Both the position numbers and the translations under genes were made by a program. A stretch of 64,000 bases of DNA from the human T2T-CHM13v2.0 reference genome, Homo sapiens. This document shows, one piece after another, positions 1 to 14,773 of the stretch. The notes under the pieces are model-generated. The model saw only the letters and a list, made by a program, of their open reading frames with translations, was not told the DNA's origin and did not search any database. Location: the NCBI RefSeq assembly GCF_009914755.1, contig NC_060937.1. One strand, given 5' to 3'. Numbering within the stretch: position 1 is the first letter of the stretch; each line of letters starts with the position of its first letter.

Positions 1-2097
1 TTCTTCATGAATGGGGATATGGATATCTAATAAAAGTTCTAAGCACATGAAATCCAGATACATCTAACAAGAGAGTGTATAATGATCAAGTTGTGTTATC
101 TCAGGAATGTTAAGTTGATTTAAAATTAAGAAATTGATTACTATGTCACACAAAACAAATTAAAGGATTTTTTGAAAACTTTTGTTTTTCAGGCAGGGTC
201 TGACAGGGTCTGACTCTGTTGCCCAGGTTGGAGTGCAGTAGTGTGATCATGGCTCACTGCAGCCTCAACCTCCTGGGCTCAAGCAATCCTCCCACCTGAC
301 CCTCCCAAGAAGCTAGGACAACAAGTGTGTGCCACCATGCCAGACTAGTTTTTAAAGTTTTTGGTAGAGATGGGGTCTTGTTGTGTTGCCTAGGCTGGTC
401 TCAAACTCCTGGCCTCAAGTGATCCTCCTACCTCAGCCTCCCAAAGTGCTGGGTTTACAGGCATGAGCCACTGTGCTCAGCCTAAAAACTTTTAATAGAA
501 TGACAAAAAAGGAATTTGAAGAACATCAGCATTTATTTATGACTTGAATAATTTGTGGCGAACTAGGTGTATAATGAAACTTTATTAGTCTGGCAAAAGG
601 GATCTATACAAAACCTACAATAAGCATACACCTACTGGTGAAATATTGAAAGCATTCTTTTTAAGATCAAGAACAAGATAAGAAAGCCCACTGTCACAAT
701 TCCTCATTTTTATTATACAGGAGATTTCAGCCAATGCAATGTGACAAACAAAAAGAATGACTGGAGGAAGAAGCAAAACTGTCATTGTTTAAAGCTTATC
801 AATGAAGAAAACTCAAAATGATTTACAAATATATTGCTAGAATTGAGAAGGCAATTTAGCAAATTACTGGGTATAAAATCAATAAATGTATGTATCTGTG
901 TGTCTATGTATGTTTGTATCTATCTATCTAAATGAGTTGCATTTCTAGATGCTAGCACCAAGAATTTGGTGTAGCAATATAAATAAAGTAACAAGAAATA
1001 AATCTAACAAGAGTTTTGTAATAACCATATTTCCATTTAGATAATGTGTGAGGTTAGGCAAATAGTACTAGGGAACAATTATAGATTATAAATTTGATTT
1101 GAAAAAATTAAAGAAAACCAAAATGGATGGAGAGCTATATCATGTTCCTAGCTAGGAAGACATTAACTTTTCCCAAGTTGATTTATAGGTTCAATGCCAA
1201 TTTAACCTTAATGGAGTTGTGTGAATTTTGTAACTAGACGAACTGTTTTTTAAAAGATTTATTTGAAAAAAGAAAGTGCAGAGAATACCCGAGACACCCA
1301 TGAAGAAGCTGAAGGTAAGACAAACCCTTTCAAATACAGGCTTATTTAAATCTATATTCCAGCTTAGACACTGTAGGGAGTTAGAACTAGAACCACGGAG
1401 TAAAATGTAGAGCACACCAAGAACTCAGGCAAATATTAAAACTTAATTTATACAAACAGCATTGTAGAACAGAGGTAAATGTAAATGTAGCTAGGACAAA
1501 TAATTAATCATATGATAAGAGTGAAATTGGGTGCCTGCCTCCATACCAAGAGTAAATTACAAGTAATTAAAAAATTTAAAAGTGAAAGAGAAAACTATAA
1601 AATGTTTAGAGGAAAATATAGGATTATGTTTTTATGACCACAGGGTAGAAAAATATTTCTTGAACAAGACACAAATAATACAAGACACAAAAGAGCAAAC
1701 CATTTAGTAAGGATTTAACTTGACCATATTAAAACTAAGATATTGTTTATCAAAAGACAATGTAAACAGAAAAGACAAGCCACAAACTGGCAACACATAC
1801 AGCTGGGAAATAACTAGTAGGCAGATTAAACAAAAGAACTTCCTCAAATCAGTAAGAAAAAGACAATTCAGTAGGAAAATAGAAAATAAACACAAGAAAA
1901 AAGGAACATAAATGGCTCACAACATGTGACAAGATGTGAAATAACATTATTAGTCAAGGAAAGAATTGAAAGCAAAGTGAAATACCTTTACCACCCAGTA
2001 AAGCTATCAAACTAAAACGTGTTGTGAGGTTATACCAGTGGTGGAGAACCCACATTCACTTTTGGATTTCTTAAGAAATTTAAACATTCATATACTA
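1..2097 (+). mobile_element. Ancient L1 (L1M/L1ME-type) ORF2 to 3' region, heavily decayed, interrupted by an AluJ
   Basis: A-rich plus strand with degenerate ORF2 landmarks: aatgatcaagttg..caggaatg ([11 protein letters not shown] region), gaaagcattc..agatcaagaacaagataag (KAFPLRSGTRQG region), aaactgtcattgttt (KLSLF). Confidence 0.8.
184..482 (-). mobile_element. AluJ-type SINE
   Basis: Dimeric Alu with J diagnostics (gatcatggctcactgcagcctcaacctcctgggctcaagcaatcc). TSD aaaactttt at 175-183 and 485-493. Confidence 0.95.
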
Positions 2098-2101
2098 CCA
2101 T

Positions 2102-2241
2102 TGAATCTGTCCCATTAGTCCCATAGACAGGTTTTTTTTTTTTTTTTAAATAAACACAGAAATTGACCCTTCTGGTTTTAAAGCTTGAAACTTAAGTTTG
2201 TTTTATCTGAGTTACCTCCTCAGGAAAGGACTGTCAGGCCT

Positions 2242-2288
<47 letters not shown>

Positions 2289-2591
2289 AAGATCTGAAAC
2301 TCTCCAGATCATGAATCTAGACAATGAGATGCCAAACCCCTCATCATGATGATTGCTTCCTTACCCCCCTACCCAGTTCCTGTTTTCTTACACATTGTTA
2401 CATTTCTTCTCTGCTATATAAACTCCTAATTTTAATTGGTCAGGGAGACAAATTTGAGGCTGATCTCCCATGTCCTTGGCTGCAGCACCTGAATAAGGAC
2501 ATTTTCCTTGGCAACAATCATTGTCTCAGTCACTGGCTTTCTGTGTGACAAGCAGCAGGACCTAGACTGAAACCCTGGTGTTTCAGTAATA
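2102..2591 (+). mobile_element. ERV1 solo LTR (MER66-like)
   Basis: Starts TG, ends gtaata (decayed ..CA), 4-bp TSD ccat (2098-2101, 2592-2595), TATA-like ctatataaa and aataag signal. Subfamily from memory. Confidence 0.85.
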
Positions 2592-2595
2592 CCAT

Positions 2596-3069
2596 GACTT
2601 AAAATACCACTTTCAATGTATATCCTAGAAAAATACATAACTCTACAAAAATGTTCATAGCATCAAAGTTTGTAATTGCTAAAAAGTGGAAACAAACTTA
2701 CTTATATAAGTAAAAATAGAATATATAAGTACGTAGTTACATATATAATGGAAGAAGAGGGAGCTGATTTTCTAGAAATCATGATGCATTTAAGAAGTAT
2801 TCTCAGTAGAATTTGATCACCTACTGGAAGGTCGGTAATATAAGATGACAGGAGTAGAATGATTTTCAGGTTCTGATTTGGGCAATTATGTGAATAATGG
2901 TGCCATCAACCATAACAGTTTTTCTAATCCAATCATTGATATATTGATTTTAGATTATAAAGGCAGGGTAGCCAGAGAAGCTTCTTATATTTTGATTAAT
3001 TTTATCACAGCACATAGTTATCCACAGTGTCCATAGTAAGTGCATTATCTACTATATTGGCAAGATGCT

Positions 3070-3109
<40 letters not shown>

Positions 3110-3925
3110 ATGCCCACACACGAGGAACTTTAATGGCGAAGTTGATTCAAATAGATGCTCCAACTCAATAGTTATAAGTAGGCATACTCACCATGTGGGC
3201 AAAAACTAGGAAGTTTGATAACACCCATGATTAGGTTGTAGATGGGGACGCTTACCCACTTCTGTTGGGAATAGATATTGGTATAACTACTCTGGAAAAC
3301 ACTTTGGTATCACTTAATACACTTAAGTCTGCACATAATTCATGAAGCCAGCAACTAAATTACTAAGTGGAATCCCCAGAGAACTTTTGCATATTTGTAC
3401 CAGGAAACAGTCATACAAATATTCTTAGCAACAGAATATGGAAACAACAACCCAAATGTCCATTGATAGTAGAATCAAGACATACATGGGGGAATACTCA
3501 TAGAAGGGAATACTACACAGCAATGAAAAGAATTGAAATACAGTTTGAGACTTCCCACGGATAAATCATGCACAGGCACAAGGAGGAATGAAAAGAAGCA
3601 AGCCTCCAGTTGTACATAGTATACGGTTTCATTTACATAAAGATACAAAACACAACTTTAAATACATTACTTAAGGATGCAACCCACAGGTGGCAAAACA
3701 GATGTTAGACTCATGGAGAGAGAGAGGATGAGGGTATGCTTAGAAAAATATGGCGTGATCGTGGATGGAGCAAAAAAGAGAGTCTGAGGTAAGGTACAAT
3801 TTTCTGCTTTTGAACCTGGGTGGTGCTTACATAGGTGTTCACTTGGTTCTGCTTCTTTAAAATGTTCTTATGTTTTATATACATTGTGATGTATATATTA
3901 TGGTTAGTGTCTCAATAAATTTAAA
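2596..3925 (+). mobile_element. Continuation and 3' ends of ancient L1ME-type elements, with a small L2-like piece at ~2800-2910
   Basis: aaaatgttcatagca..ggaaacaa, caacccaaatgtccattga, ggaatactacacagcaatgaaaa, and terminal ctcaataaa at ~3911-3919. Confidence 0.7.
3072..3108. repeat. (TG)n microsatellite
   Basis: Perfect GT dinucleotide run. Confidence 0.99.
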
Positions 3926-4060
3926 AATGAAGCAATAAACCAAAACATTAACAACACTCTCTATGAGCCATAGAATTAAAAATAATTTTAAATTTTTAAA
4001 GATTTCTTTTTGTTGTCTAAATTTTCCAAATAAAAATGTTAATCTAAAAGGAATGACACA

Positions 4061-4925
<865 letters not shown>

Positions 4926-5627
4926 TGACAGCCATCATGCTATTATTTTTAAGTTGGAAATCTCCTGTGATGAGAAAAGTGTATATGTGTGCCATAAGAA
5001 AACTCTTTGGTCACAGTAGAAGATAGGGGGTACCCCTAAGTAGAATTTGATTTTTCTATACTTAGCAGGGATGTTAGTGTTAAAAGTTAGAAAATTATAT
5101 ACAGTGTTACTGAAGCCAAAGATAGCACAAGAAGCTGCTTTCCTTTGTTTCAATCATTTCATCTTCCCACCTATATCTTTGATATATTCTTTCTGACTCC
5201 CATTGCAACATATGTATAAACTTCCCTTCTGTCTCTGAGTCAGCTCTGCTTGCTTGAGTTCACCATATCATGTATACCGTTCCCAGCCTTGTTTTTTTCC
5301 TAGAAGTTTCAAAGTTTGATTATATTTCCCAACTCTTCATGTGTTCTATTTGCCTATTCTATGGGAAGCTATCTCTCAAGCATTACTATTCAGTATGATA
5401 AGAAGGAGAAAGAAGGCAGGACTGTCATCTTAGCACGTGGCACAGTCGTCTGCTTAAATCTGTCCTGAGTCCCGTTTCTCTTTAATTAGTCTCGTAGGAA
5501 AAGAGGAGCAAGATCATGCTGCCAAATGGGATATTTTTGGAATTCTCATTATTCTTTTATAATTGTGCCCGTGGTCATTTTGAATCTTTACCTTAGTAGA
5601 GTTTCTAATGAAAACCAGATGGTAGAC

Positions 5628-5995
5628 AGGTTTAATGTGTTGAGCACCTACCATGTACAAGGCTTGTTCACATTACTGAATGTACAAGGCCTGGTGTGTT
5701 TCCTCAAGGAACCTATAATCTAAAGGAACAGATATCTGTGCTAATAATTAATAATAATAAGTGATGATAACCACAGCATTAATCTAGCATTTCCTGTATG
5801 ATAACCATTCTTCACATATTAACCCACCTAATCCTTATAACAATTCTATCACATGGGTACCATTTGTCACCATTTTGCTGATGAGTACATTGAGAAGAAG
5901 AAGGAAAATCATGTGCCCAAAGTCCTGTAACTACTAGATGGTACACTGAGAATTTAAAAACCAGGCAGCCAACTCTTGACCCACTGTTTATACCC
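5628..5995 (-). mobile_element. L2 3' fragment (~5628-5730) followed by MIR (~5750-5995)
   Basis: ttgagcacctaccatgt..cctcaaggaacctataatcta (L2). taatccttataacaattctat..ccattttgctgatgag..tgcccaaagtc (MIR core). Confidence 0.75.
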
Positions 5996-6584
5996 AGTAC
6001 ACGTGTGGCATTCAACTTCAGTGTGAAATAAAGCAGAGTACAGGGTTGGTGCAAGAGCTAGGTATGGACTGGGAACAGCATTAGTCAGTATCAACATTGT
6101 AGCTGAAACCCAGGAATTCAACTAACTTCATTAAACCCCTAATCCTGGGGGGAAGTATTCAGTCCTACGTTTCTTTACGCTGACATCTAAGGGCTATGTT
6201 TTCCTAATGATTACAACTTCTGTTTTCTTTAACCATACCTTATTGTTGACTTTTCCAAGCAGTGATTTGCATTTTAGAATGCCAGAAATTGCTGTACATG
6301 TTCCCAAATAAGAACTTTAAGCCTTAAGTTTAAGAAAATGACAAATCAGCCTTAGAAACAAATGTACAAATATATGTGGCATGATGTGCTGGGCATCTTG
6401 AATGGGCATTTTTTCCTCATAACTTATAAGAAGTCTCAGAAAGGAAGAAATTGGATGTCTTTAAATGGAAATGAATTTGAATAAGAGCACAGAAATGGAA
6501 CTGATAGAACATTTATTTGGTTATATGATGATTTAATTGAATTACTTTGTGTGGCCATTTGAATTTTATTTAACATTTAACAGG

Positions 6585-6588
<4 letters not shown>

Positions 6589-6628
<40 letters not shown>
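6589..6628. repeat. (AC)20 microsatellite
   Basis: Perfect dinucleotide run. Confidence 0.99.
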
Positions 6629-6630
<2 letters not shown>

Positions 6631-7796
6631 CATAATATTATCAATTCTGTCTTCTTTTTCTGCAAGGAAAATGAGGAAGCTAGAAGTAAAAGACATGCTG
6701 TTGCAGGGCTGTGGTTGAATTATAGTTCCCACTGCAAGTTTAAGTCCACCCAACATGTGCCCACTAAGAGCAGGATGTTATCATCATAAACAACAAGAGA
6801 AATCTACTATACGTATCCTATAGAGCCTTGTTTACAGAGCCTGTGGAAGCTATAATTTAGAATTTTGGACATTTTTAAGAAGTGAAATCTCTACTTTGGA
6901 TCTTTTGGCATGAAACATAAAATATAACAGCTCACAAGAAGATACACCTTCACTGAGCTTCTCTCTTTGGCAAGCCCTGAAAAAGGGCATTTTCGATGAC
7001 TTTTCCATATTGATCTCCTTTAAGGAAGCTAATAAATAATTTCAGCACCACTGTTTTCCTCTTGTTTATTCATGTCTTTTTCTAAAGAAAAAAATATTTT
7101 TCTAATGAAAATATTTTTTCTAATGAAAATATTTCCATGCTGTGTCTTTCTTTTGATGAGGGCCAATGTGGTAAGGAAGTTTTTTTTCTCCCTCATAAAA
7201 TTGTTTACAGGAGACAGTGGGAGAGAACTAAAGAATAACTGTTTTTCTTTAGCAGCTGGAGGTTGTCTGAATGGAGTCTTCAATTCCCATGCATGTTTTG
7301 TAATGCAGATTTCTTTGAAAATGGTCTTGCCGGTGCACCTTAAATACATTTTAGAATTATCTTACCATGAAATTAGTTTTCTCCGTCATTGGCTTAGTTG
7401 AATCCCTCCCCCAACTTTTTTTTTTTTGATCAATGCTGGGACATTAAAAATAAAGCCATGGCTGCACATGCTATTTTTGGAAGTTCCTATCAAAATTCCA
7501 TCCTTCAGCAGGCCAGTGTGCTTTGAGCAGCAGGTCTTTATCACAGTACCGCTAGATGGTATCCAGCTCCTCCACCTTTCAGCCTGAGGTTTAATTCTCC
7601 ACTTTCCATCCTTGCCATTGGCCTGTATTTCTATAGTAATTAACCATAAAAAGAGCAAGGAAGGAGTTTCAGGAGCAAAAGTAGCCCAGAACTTGGTTGC
7701 CATTCAATGAGCCATTTTAAAAATTACTGAGTCAAACAGCAACTCATGGTTCAGAGATCATGCTAGGAAACTAGCTGATGTTGATGATATTTGTAG

Positions 7797-7925
7797 AGGT
7801 GGTGGTGGTCATGAAAATAGAGATAGTAGTGGTGGTGATGGTGATGGTGGTGATGGCGGTGGTGGTGATGGTAATGGTGATGTCGGTAGAAATTAATAAT
7901 GGTAGTAGTGGCAGGTTATGGCAGT
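7797..7925. repeat. Degenerate (GGT/GAT)n trinucleotide low-complexity tract
   Basis: ggtggtgatggtgatggtggtgatggcggtggtggtgatg.. Confidence 0.9.
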
Positions 7926-8714
7926 GACTTAAAAGCATCCCACTTAAGGGTCTGGGAAACGTGACTGGTACAACACTTACAAAAATTTCTGTGCTCTGGT
8001 CATTTTACAACAGATAGCATTCTTTTCATGCTAATATTTTTCTGTCTCTAAAAACACTATTAATTTTAAGAAGAAAGTCTTTATCAAATATTGCTACATA
8101 CATATAGAAAATTCTTCAAAACCAACAAAATAAAATTTCAAATTATTTGTTTGATATATATTGAGTACCCTTGGAAAATGAGAGTTGTAAAAGAAAACCA
8201 ACCCTGTAATACAGTAGTGCTAAAAATCTCCCCATATTCACTTTTTCCCTTGTTGTTATACCTGAGAGGATTGTCTTGGTGTCATTGCTGGTTGGCACAT
8301 GCTTTTTTCATTCCACACTTTGAAATATGAATCTATTACAAAAGGATCATGTTGGTGAGGCACTGGGGATGAATAAGTTAGGAACAGTAATTAGTTTTTA
8401 AGCATTCCCTTTAAGGATGGCAAAGCATTTTCCCCTCCCCCAAATATTAAATAATTTCCTCTCAAACAGTTGGTTTATAGGAAGAACAGTTTAGTTTAAA
8501 TTTGCATATTCTGAATGGACTGTCTTTATCTTCTTGACACATTACTTCCCAATTTCATTGTACTGTCCCTTCTGCTCATCATCTCCCACAAAAGAAACCC
8601 TCTTCAAGATATGTCATTCTGTGTCTCATATCTGGAATGGGAAGCCCTTCCCACTTAAACAAACAAAAAAACTCCCCATTGTCATCCTGTGTATACGCCT
8701 CCCCACTTAGAACC

Positions 8715-9050
8715 TTGCCTCTTCCATAGTCATGCATCTTGAAAATGTAAGAGTTGTCTACGTTTATTTCTGTTTTCCCACTCAGCTCTTCAACCCACTG
8801 CACTCTTGCCTCTGTCCTCACCACTCCACTAAAATTTCTCTCAATATTGGCCATTGCCCTTTTTTGCTCAGTTGCGAGGCCATTTCTCAGACATTTTCCT
8901 GCCCACCTGTATGGTTTGTGACCCTGTTCCTTACATCCTTTTTGGTAAAGTGTTTATCTGGCCACCTCCAATTTACCATTTAGGTCTCAGCTTAACTATC
9001 GGTTCCTCCAAGAGGACATTGTGGAGGCCTCCAAGTCTGGGAAAGAAATA
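8715..9050 (+). mobile_element. L2 fragment
   Basis: ctcttcaacccactgcactcttgcctctgtcctcaccactccactaaaatt resembles L2 ORF2. Confidence 0.6.
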
Positions 9051-9174
9051 GCATCTGTATTTTTTTTGTCATAACCCAGGAACTGTTAAAAAATTTTATT
9101 CTTTTGTCTGACCTATTTGCTTTATATCCCTGATGCCTAGCCCATGTATGACACAAAGTAGGCATATATTTTCC

Positions 9175-9628
9175 TCCAGTTTCTTTTGGATTCCAGTAAC
9201 AGAAACTTCCACCAGCATAAGCAAGAGGAGAATTTATTATTATGACTTAGAGTTACACCTTGGGTCAAGCAACAGAAAGTGCTGCCAGGGCATGGAGGAC
9301 TGAGAATAGGAAGAGACAGCTGTAGGAACCAAGACATTTATCTTGGATGTCCTCTGCCTTCAGGGGCCAAATAACTACTAGCTTCTGCTTCTTTCTATGT
9401 TTTAGCCCAATTTTTTTCCTTCTATAGACCAGATTTCCTTCTTCTCAGCATCCTTTTCCTTCTTCTGAGTTTATACATCCTCAGCTCCAGTCCTCTATGC
9501 TGGGGGAGCAGAGACAAGTGGTAGAAACGTGGCTTCTGGGGTTGCACCTTGAGGGTGTTAGGATGTCATGGGCTGCTCGCAGAATGGGGGTCATGAGCTG
9601 AACAGGCACTCAGTGTATGTCTATTTCA
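9175..9628 (-). mobile_element. Old MaLR (MLT1-like) LTR, very decayed
   Basis: cagtaacagaaac..agcataagcaagaggagaatttatt start and gtctatttca end resemble the antisense of old MLT1 LTRs. Confidence 0.45.
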
Positions 9629-9909
9629 ATGCTTGCTTAAAAATCCAGTGAATGATTGAGCAGCTGTCTTCCAGGATTCTCTCATTTTCATAAGCCATCT
9701 AAACTCTCTAAAGACTAATATTCCTCATTTACAAGACAGTGAGTTTATCCAGGATAGCTTCCATACTCCTCTGCACTTTCCTTATTGACACAATGGGATA
9801 TATTATTCTTATCAAAAGAGCTAATGGTCCTTATGGATTCTGAGTTGACCATCACTTTATTTTGGTTTAAGAAGCAGAGGTTGGAGGGTGGGGAATGGAA
9901 TCGTGCTTA

Positions 9910-10326
9910 TATTAGTCAGCTGTTGCTATAATGTAAGGCAGAATAAGAAACAATACTCCAGATCTCAGGGACTTATAACAACATGCATCTATTTTTCTTG
10001 CTCATGGGTATGTAGGAGCTGAGGTTTGGCTCATTTTGGCTGAGGTTGGTTGGGTTTGGTGCTTCTTCAAGGATCGGAACTGAAGAGGCAGAGGCTACCT
10101 GGGGCTTATTCTTCTTGGGCAGCAGCCTTCATGGAAACATGGGCTGCTTCTAAAGGCCTGGGCTCAGAAGTAGCAGCTGTCACTACCACCCACATACTAT
10201 TTAAGGCCAGGGACAGGGCCAAGCTAAATGTTGGTGAGATGTATACTTCATCTTCTCTATTCTATTGCAAGTTCCTCTGGCAGTGGAAAGGAGTAAGAAT
10301 TGGGAACAAGAACCCAATCTACTAGA
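9910..10326 (-). mobile_element. MaLR LTR (MLT1I/J-like)
   Basis: tattagtcagctgttgctata..atctcagggacttataacaac..cccaatctactaga. Same family as 54859-55591. Confidence 0.8.
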
Positions 10327-10529
10327 ATCCTAAAATTGCTTACATGATTTCAATGACTTTAGTTTTCAAAGTGAAGTTCAAATTCTTTAAGCATGCTAGG
10401 TGGCTAGGTGTGCAGCTGCAACTGGGTGATCTCTTCAGTCTCATTTCTTTTTCATTTGCCCTTATATATGTACAATTTGGCTCAAGCCAAGTTGAATCTC
10501 TGTTGAGCATAGCATATCTTGCATGCTGT

Positions 10530-10875
10530 TCTTTCTGACTCCCCTCTGGCCTTCTTTATTTAGCTAACTCTTATTTTACCTTTAAAACTGAGGTCAAGAA
10601 AAGACTTCTTCCTGGAAGCCCTCCATGATTCCATGAAACACACATCGATGCCCTCCTCTGTGCTTCTTGGCATCTTGTGCTTGTCTCCAGCATTGTACTT
10701 ATTATTTTGTGCTCTGTCATTGCTTCGGCCATCTGTTCCTTCAAGTAGAATTGAACGTTCCTCAAAGGCTATAGCAATACCTCAGTTAACTTAGTGTCCT
10801 TAGAATCTAACACAGCACCTGGCACTTAGTAGTTATCCAATCAACAATGTTTGTGAAATGAAAGAAGAATGAGAA
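10530..10875 (+). mobile_element. L2 3' end
   Basis: tctaacacagcacctggcacttagtag..atgtttgtgaaatgaaagaagaatga terminus. Confidence 0.85.
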
Positions 10876-13800
10876 GATGAAAAGATGAGAGGAAGGAAGG
10901 GAGGGAGAGAGGAAAGAAAGAGGAAGAAAAGGGTGGTGATTGGTTACTTGTAAGACAGTTCATTCACTGGAAACTTATGAATTATTTATTCATTATTATT
11001 CATTCACAGTAAGCCTATGTTTGGAATATCTTATTTCTATAGTTATGAGGTGGTAGCCCTTAACCAATATACCATTGTTGGCCTGATTTTGTAAGCATTA
11101 TTTTTTCATTTAGAGAATCCATATATTTAGTATGACAAGCACATACTCAGACCCTAAAAGTCACTTTCCAAAGCCAAATGCGTGCTCTTCCCCACCTCCT
11201 TGTAAGTATTTCAAGGCTACTACCTTGCCTAGCAGTATCTGCCTGAACATGGCAGTTTTAATTACACAGGAAGCACTCTTGCCCTGCCATTGACTGATAT
11301 GTAGTTAAAGGCATAGCCTGGAGTACCCCTAGTGGAATGCTAATAAGGAAATGGAGACTTAGTTGTTATTAGGTTATTTTCTTATTGGAAAAACTAAGGG
11401 TGATGAGTGTAGCCACGACTGAGCTCCTCCATATTCCAGGCATGTATCAAAAAGAGTTTATCTTTATCTGAGCTCTCGTGCCAACCTTCTTAGAGCAAGT
11501 GACTGCATGACACATCACGGTAAATAACTTCTTAAAAAAGTATATGCTGGCTTGTTTTAGAATGCATGTGCTGTTTAAAAATAGGTAGGGAGTTTGACAC
11601 ACACCTGATTGCCTCTGAGATGAAATCCTAAGTGTCTGGCATCGCTACCTCTTCTGGGGAAGGTTTCTTGTCATCTCACCTCTTGTCTCCAGCTGCTCAG
11701 GCGGCAGCTAGGTCTACAGAGGCGGCGTCCAATTACTCAGAATATCTGCCCCTGCTCTTGGCAGGGACTTACACTTCCTGGCTTTTGCAGATGATGGATG
11801 GCACTTTTTGTAAAATGAGATGCCTTTGGAATAGGAAGGTCGAGTCAGGAAAAGGGTAGGTCTTGATTCCCACAGGACAGAGTAACTGAGAATGTGGCTG
11901 GCCAAAGTCAAGAGGCCACTGAGCACAGGCTGCAGAGGGATTTCATCAGAAACCAGTGAGGACAGTGTTGCTCAGGAACACTTTTGCTACCGTGTACTCC
12001 TAAGTGGGAAACCATAGTTGTTTCTTTGTTTAATGTGAATTTCTTTCCAGTCTATTGTTTTCACCCGGTAGAATGGGAAGGACCTCGCCAAATGTGGTGA
12101 GCATTCCTGTGTTGTCGCTTGGCTTTCCTGGGAACCACAAAAGGAGTGGAATGTTGCAGAGACTGCTGTCAACCTACAATGAGCAGTGAATATCAATGAG
12201 AGGAAAATGGCCCATTTTTGCTTCATTGATTTTTGCTGGTCAATGAATCCTCTTCATTTTATGTACCCCCCTCCTTCAATTTTTTTCCTCTGTTGGACAC
12301 ATCTTAATGTTACGGCTCTGCATTAAGCACAGTACTGAGAGTGACAGTTTCTTTAATCACACTGAGTTGTTAGTGATGGCAACGTGTCAGATTTGGAGAG
12401 GAGCACAGTGAGATGAGACCGAAGCTTGGGAAAGGTGACGATGGTGTATTAGCATTGAGTAGGTTAGCTTAGGGACTGGCGTGACTGTGTTCAAACGGAT
12501 AGGAAATGTTTAAAAATAAAACAGGAAGGATGACAAATCCCTTAGATGAAGAGCAAATATAGGGGCCTGGGAAGACAGCAGTGCTAACTCGGTGTGGGTC
12601 CAATCACAGAATTTAAGAGAGATCTTTGCATTATACAATCAGTATGCATTACCACATCAATATTTTAGTGAGAATGCAAACAAAATATAGCATTTGCTAT
12701 ACAGTAATAAGAGTTTAATGTAATACGTTAATAATTTGGAGTGATTTTCTTGTATTCAGCCACCTCACTAGGTAGAACAATAATCGGCTCCAATGAAGAG
12801 AAATCAGAAGCCCAGAAAAAACGACCTCTCTGGAATGTTTGCCCAGGGAGGCTTGTTCAACTTAATAGGAAAAGAATGAATAGAAAATTATCATCTCTAT
12901 CTAGACTAGTTTTAATTATCTTTTTCAAACAATCTTTGGATTGCTCTGTCTGTATTAAATTTTCAGATAAGAAACTAAGGCACAGGGCATTTTTAAAAAT
13001 TGCATAAGATCAAATAGAAAGTGAGTGCAGTGCTGAGAGGAGAACTCAAAACCTGTTTTTTCTATGGATTAGCTATTGAAGCATGTTATCTTATGGGGAA
13101 GCAGTTGACAGTAATTGGGATTTCCTTAGGAGAAAATGCAAGGTTCAAAGCTAAATGCAACTCTATTCTCTCACCAGTGAGGCTACTTTTTTTTTTTGTC
13201 CCTAAATAGACCTTTTAATTTATATTTTGCTTTTGGAAATTCCTGCTCTGATTCCCCAAACAAACAGTCCTGAACATCTTTAGGTTGAGAACATATTGCA
13301 TTCTCTGAGCTATTCTACTCTTCAGTTTTCTACCTTTCTCGTTTTGGATCAAGAAGATGGACCATGACTTAGAAGCTGCTCCCTGGTTTAAGCTATGCCT
13401 TGCAACAGGACAGTCCGTGCTCCTGTAGCTCTGGGCACACTAAACGGGGATGACAGGAAGCTGATAGAAGCTATTAGAACAGGTTCCAGGAATGCACATT
13501 TTCCTGAAGGCTTTGGGCACTAATACAAGCATAATGGTTTAGCTGCTTGATAATAAATATATAATGTGTCCTTCAAGCTAGTTTTCACAAGTTTTCTTTT
13601 ATTTCCCTGGAAACGTCTGCATGTCCCTTGACCATCAGCAGTCTGTTAAGACACGTATCAGCAAAAGCTATTTGGCCGGAATACAGCTCTGAGAAAATAG
13701 CTGCATTACCCAGCGGAGTACTACCAAAAAAAAAAAAAAAAAAGAAAAGAAAGAAAATTGTCCTAAATTGTTCTGAATTTAGTTTTTCTAATGATATATA

Positions 13801-14416
13801 CTAGTTAATTAAGGATTTAAGTCATTCAACAATGGTCACAGGTCAAAAAAGAAAATCAACTGAAATCATTCTAAGTTTGTCCATTGGTAAACCTGATGAG
13901 TCACCATAGTAAGCCAAACAGACCTCTATGGCCATATGCGAGAATGAGGAATTTGCAAATTGAAATGGAGCTCATGATGATTGGATTAACCTCATCCAAG
14001 AACCCTCACATGGCTAAAAGGAGGAAGGGCAGGAAGAATCATGAAAACAAATAAACTAACCGAAAAACCATCCTGATCCCTCAGCCCTCATATTCAGACT
14101 GCTTTAGAAGAATGTAGGCTCACCTGCTGAGACGCCTTGGAGGCTGGTAAATTTTTCCTTGAAGAGAACAACAATAACCTGAAAATAAGAGGTAGCTACA
14201 TTTCTGTTAAAAGGGATGAATGGTACATTCTCATAGCTGGTGAAAGGTGTTAAATTTAAGGAATAATCTGAAATGGACATGATAAGAGGAAGCTACCTTC
14301 ATCTTTGCTGGAGTCTTAACACTCCAAAAACACTTCTTAACACTCCAGATAATTAGGTTAATTTTTTTTGACAGATGCTAGGGGTCTTTAGACACGTACA
14401 ATGGATGGGTTGCTGA

Positions 14417-14773
<357 letters not shown>

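Noticed and set aside
7092-7135. Short tandem duplications (also tcttaacactcca twice at ~14313-14347)
   Set aside because: Ordinary slippage duplications with two units and no spacer array. Nothing CRISPR-like is present in this eukaryotic window.
13726-13757. Orphan poly(A) tract (also A20 at 29584-29603)
   Set aside because: No upstream AATAAA, retrocopy body or convincing TSD. Treated as a simple repeat.
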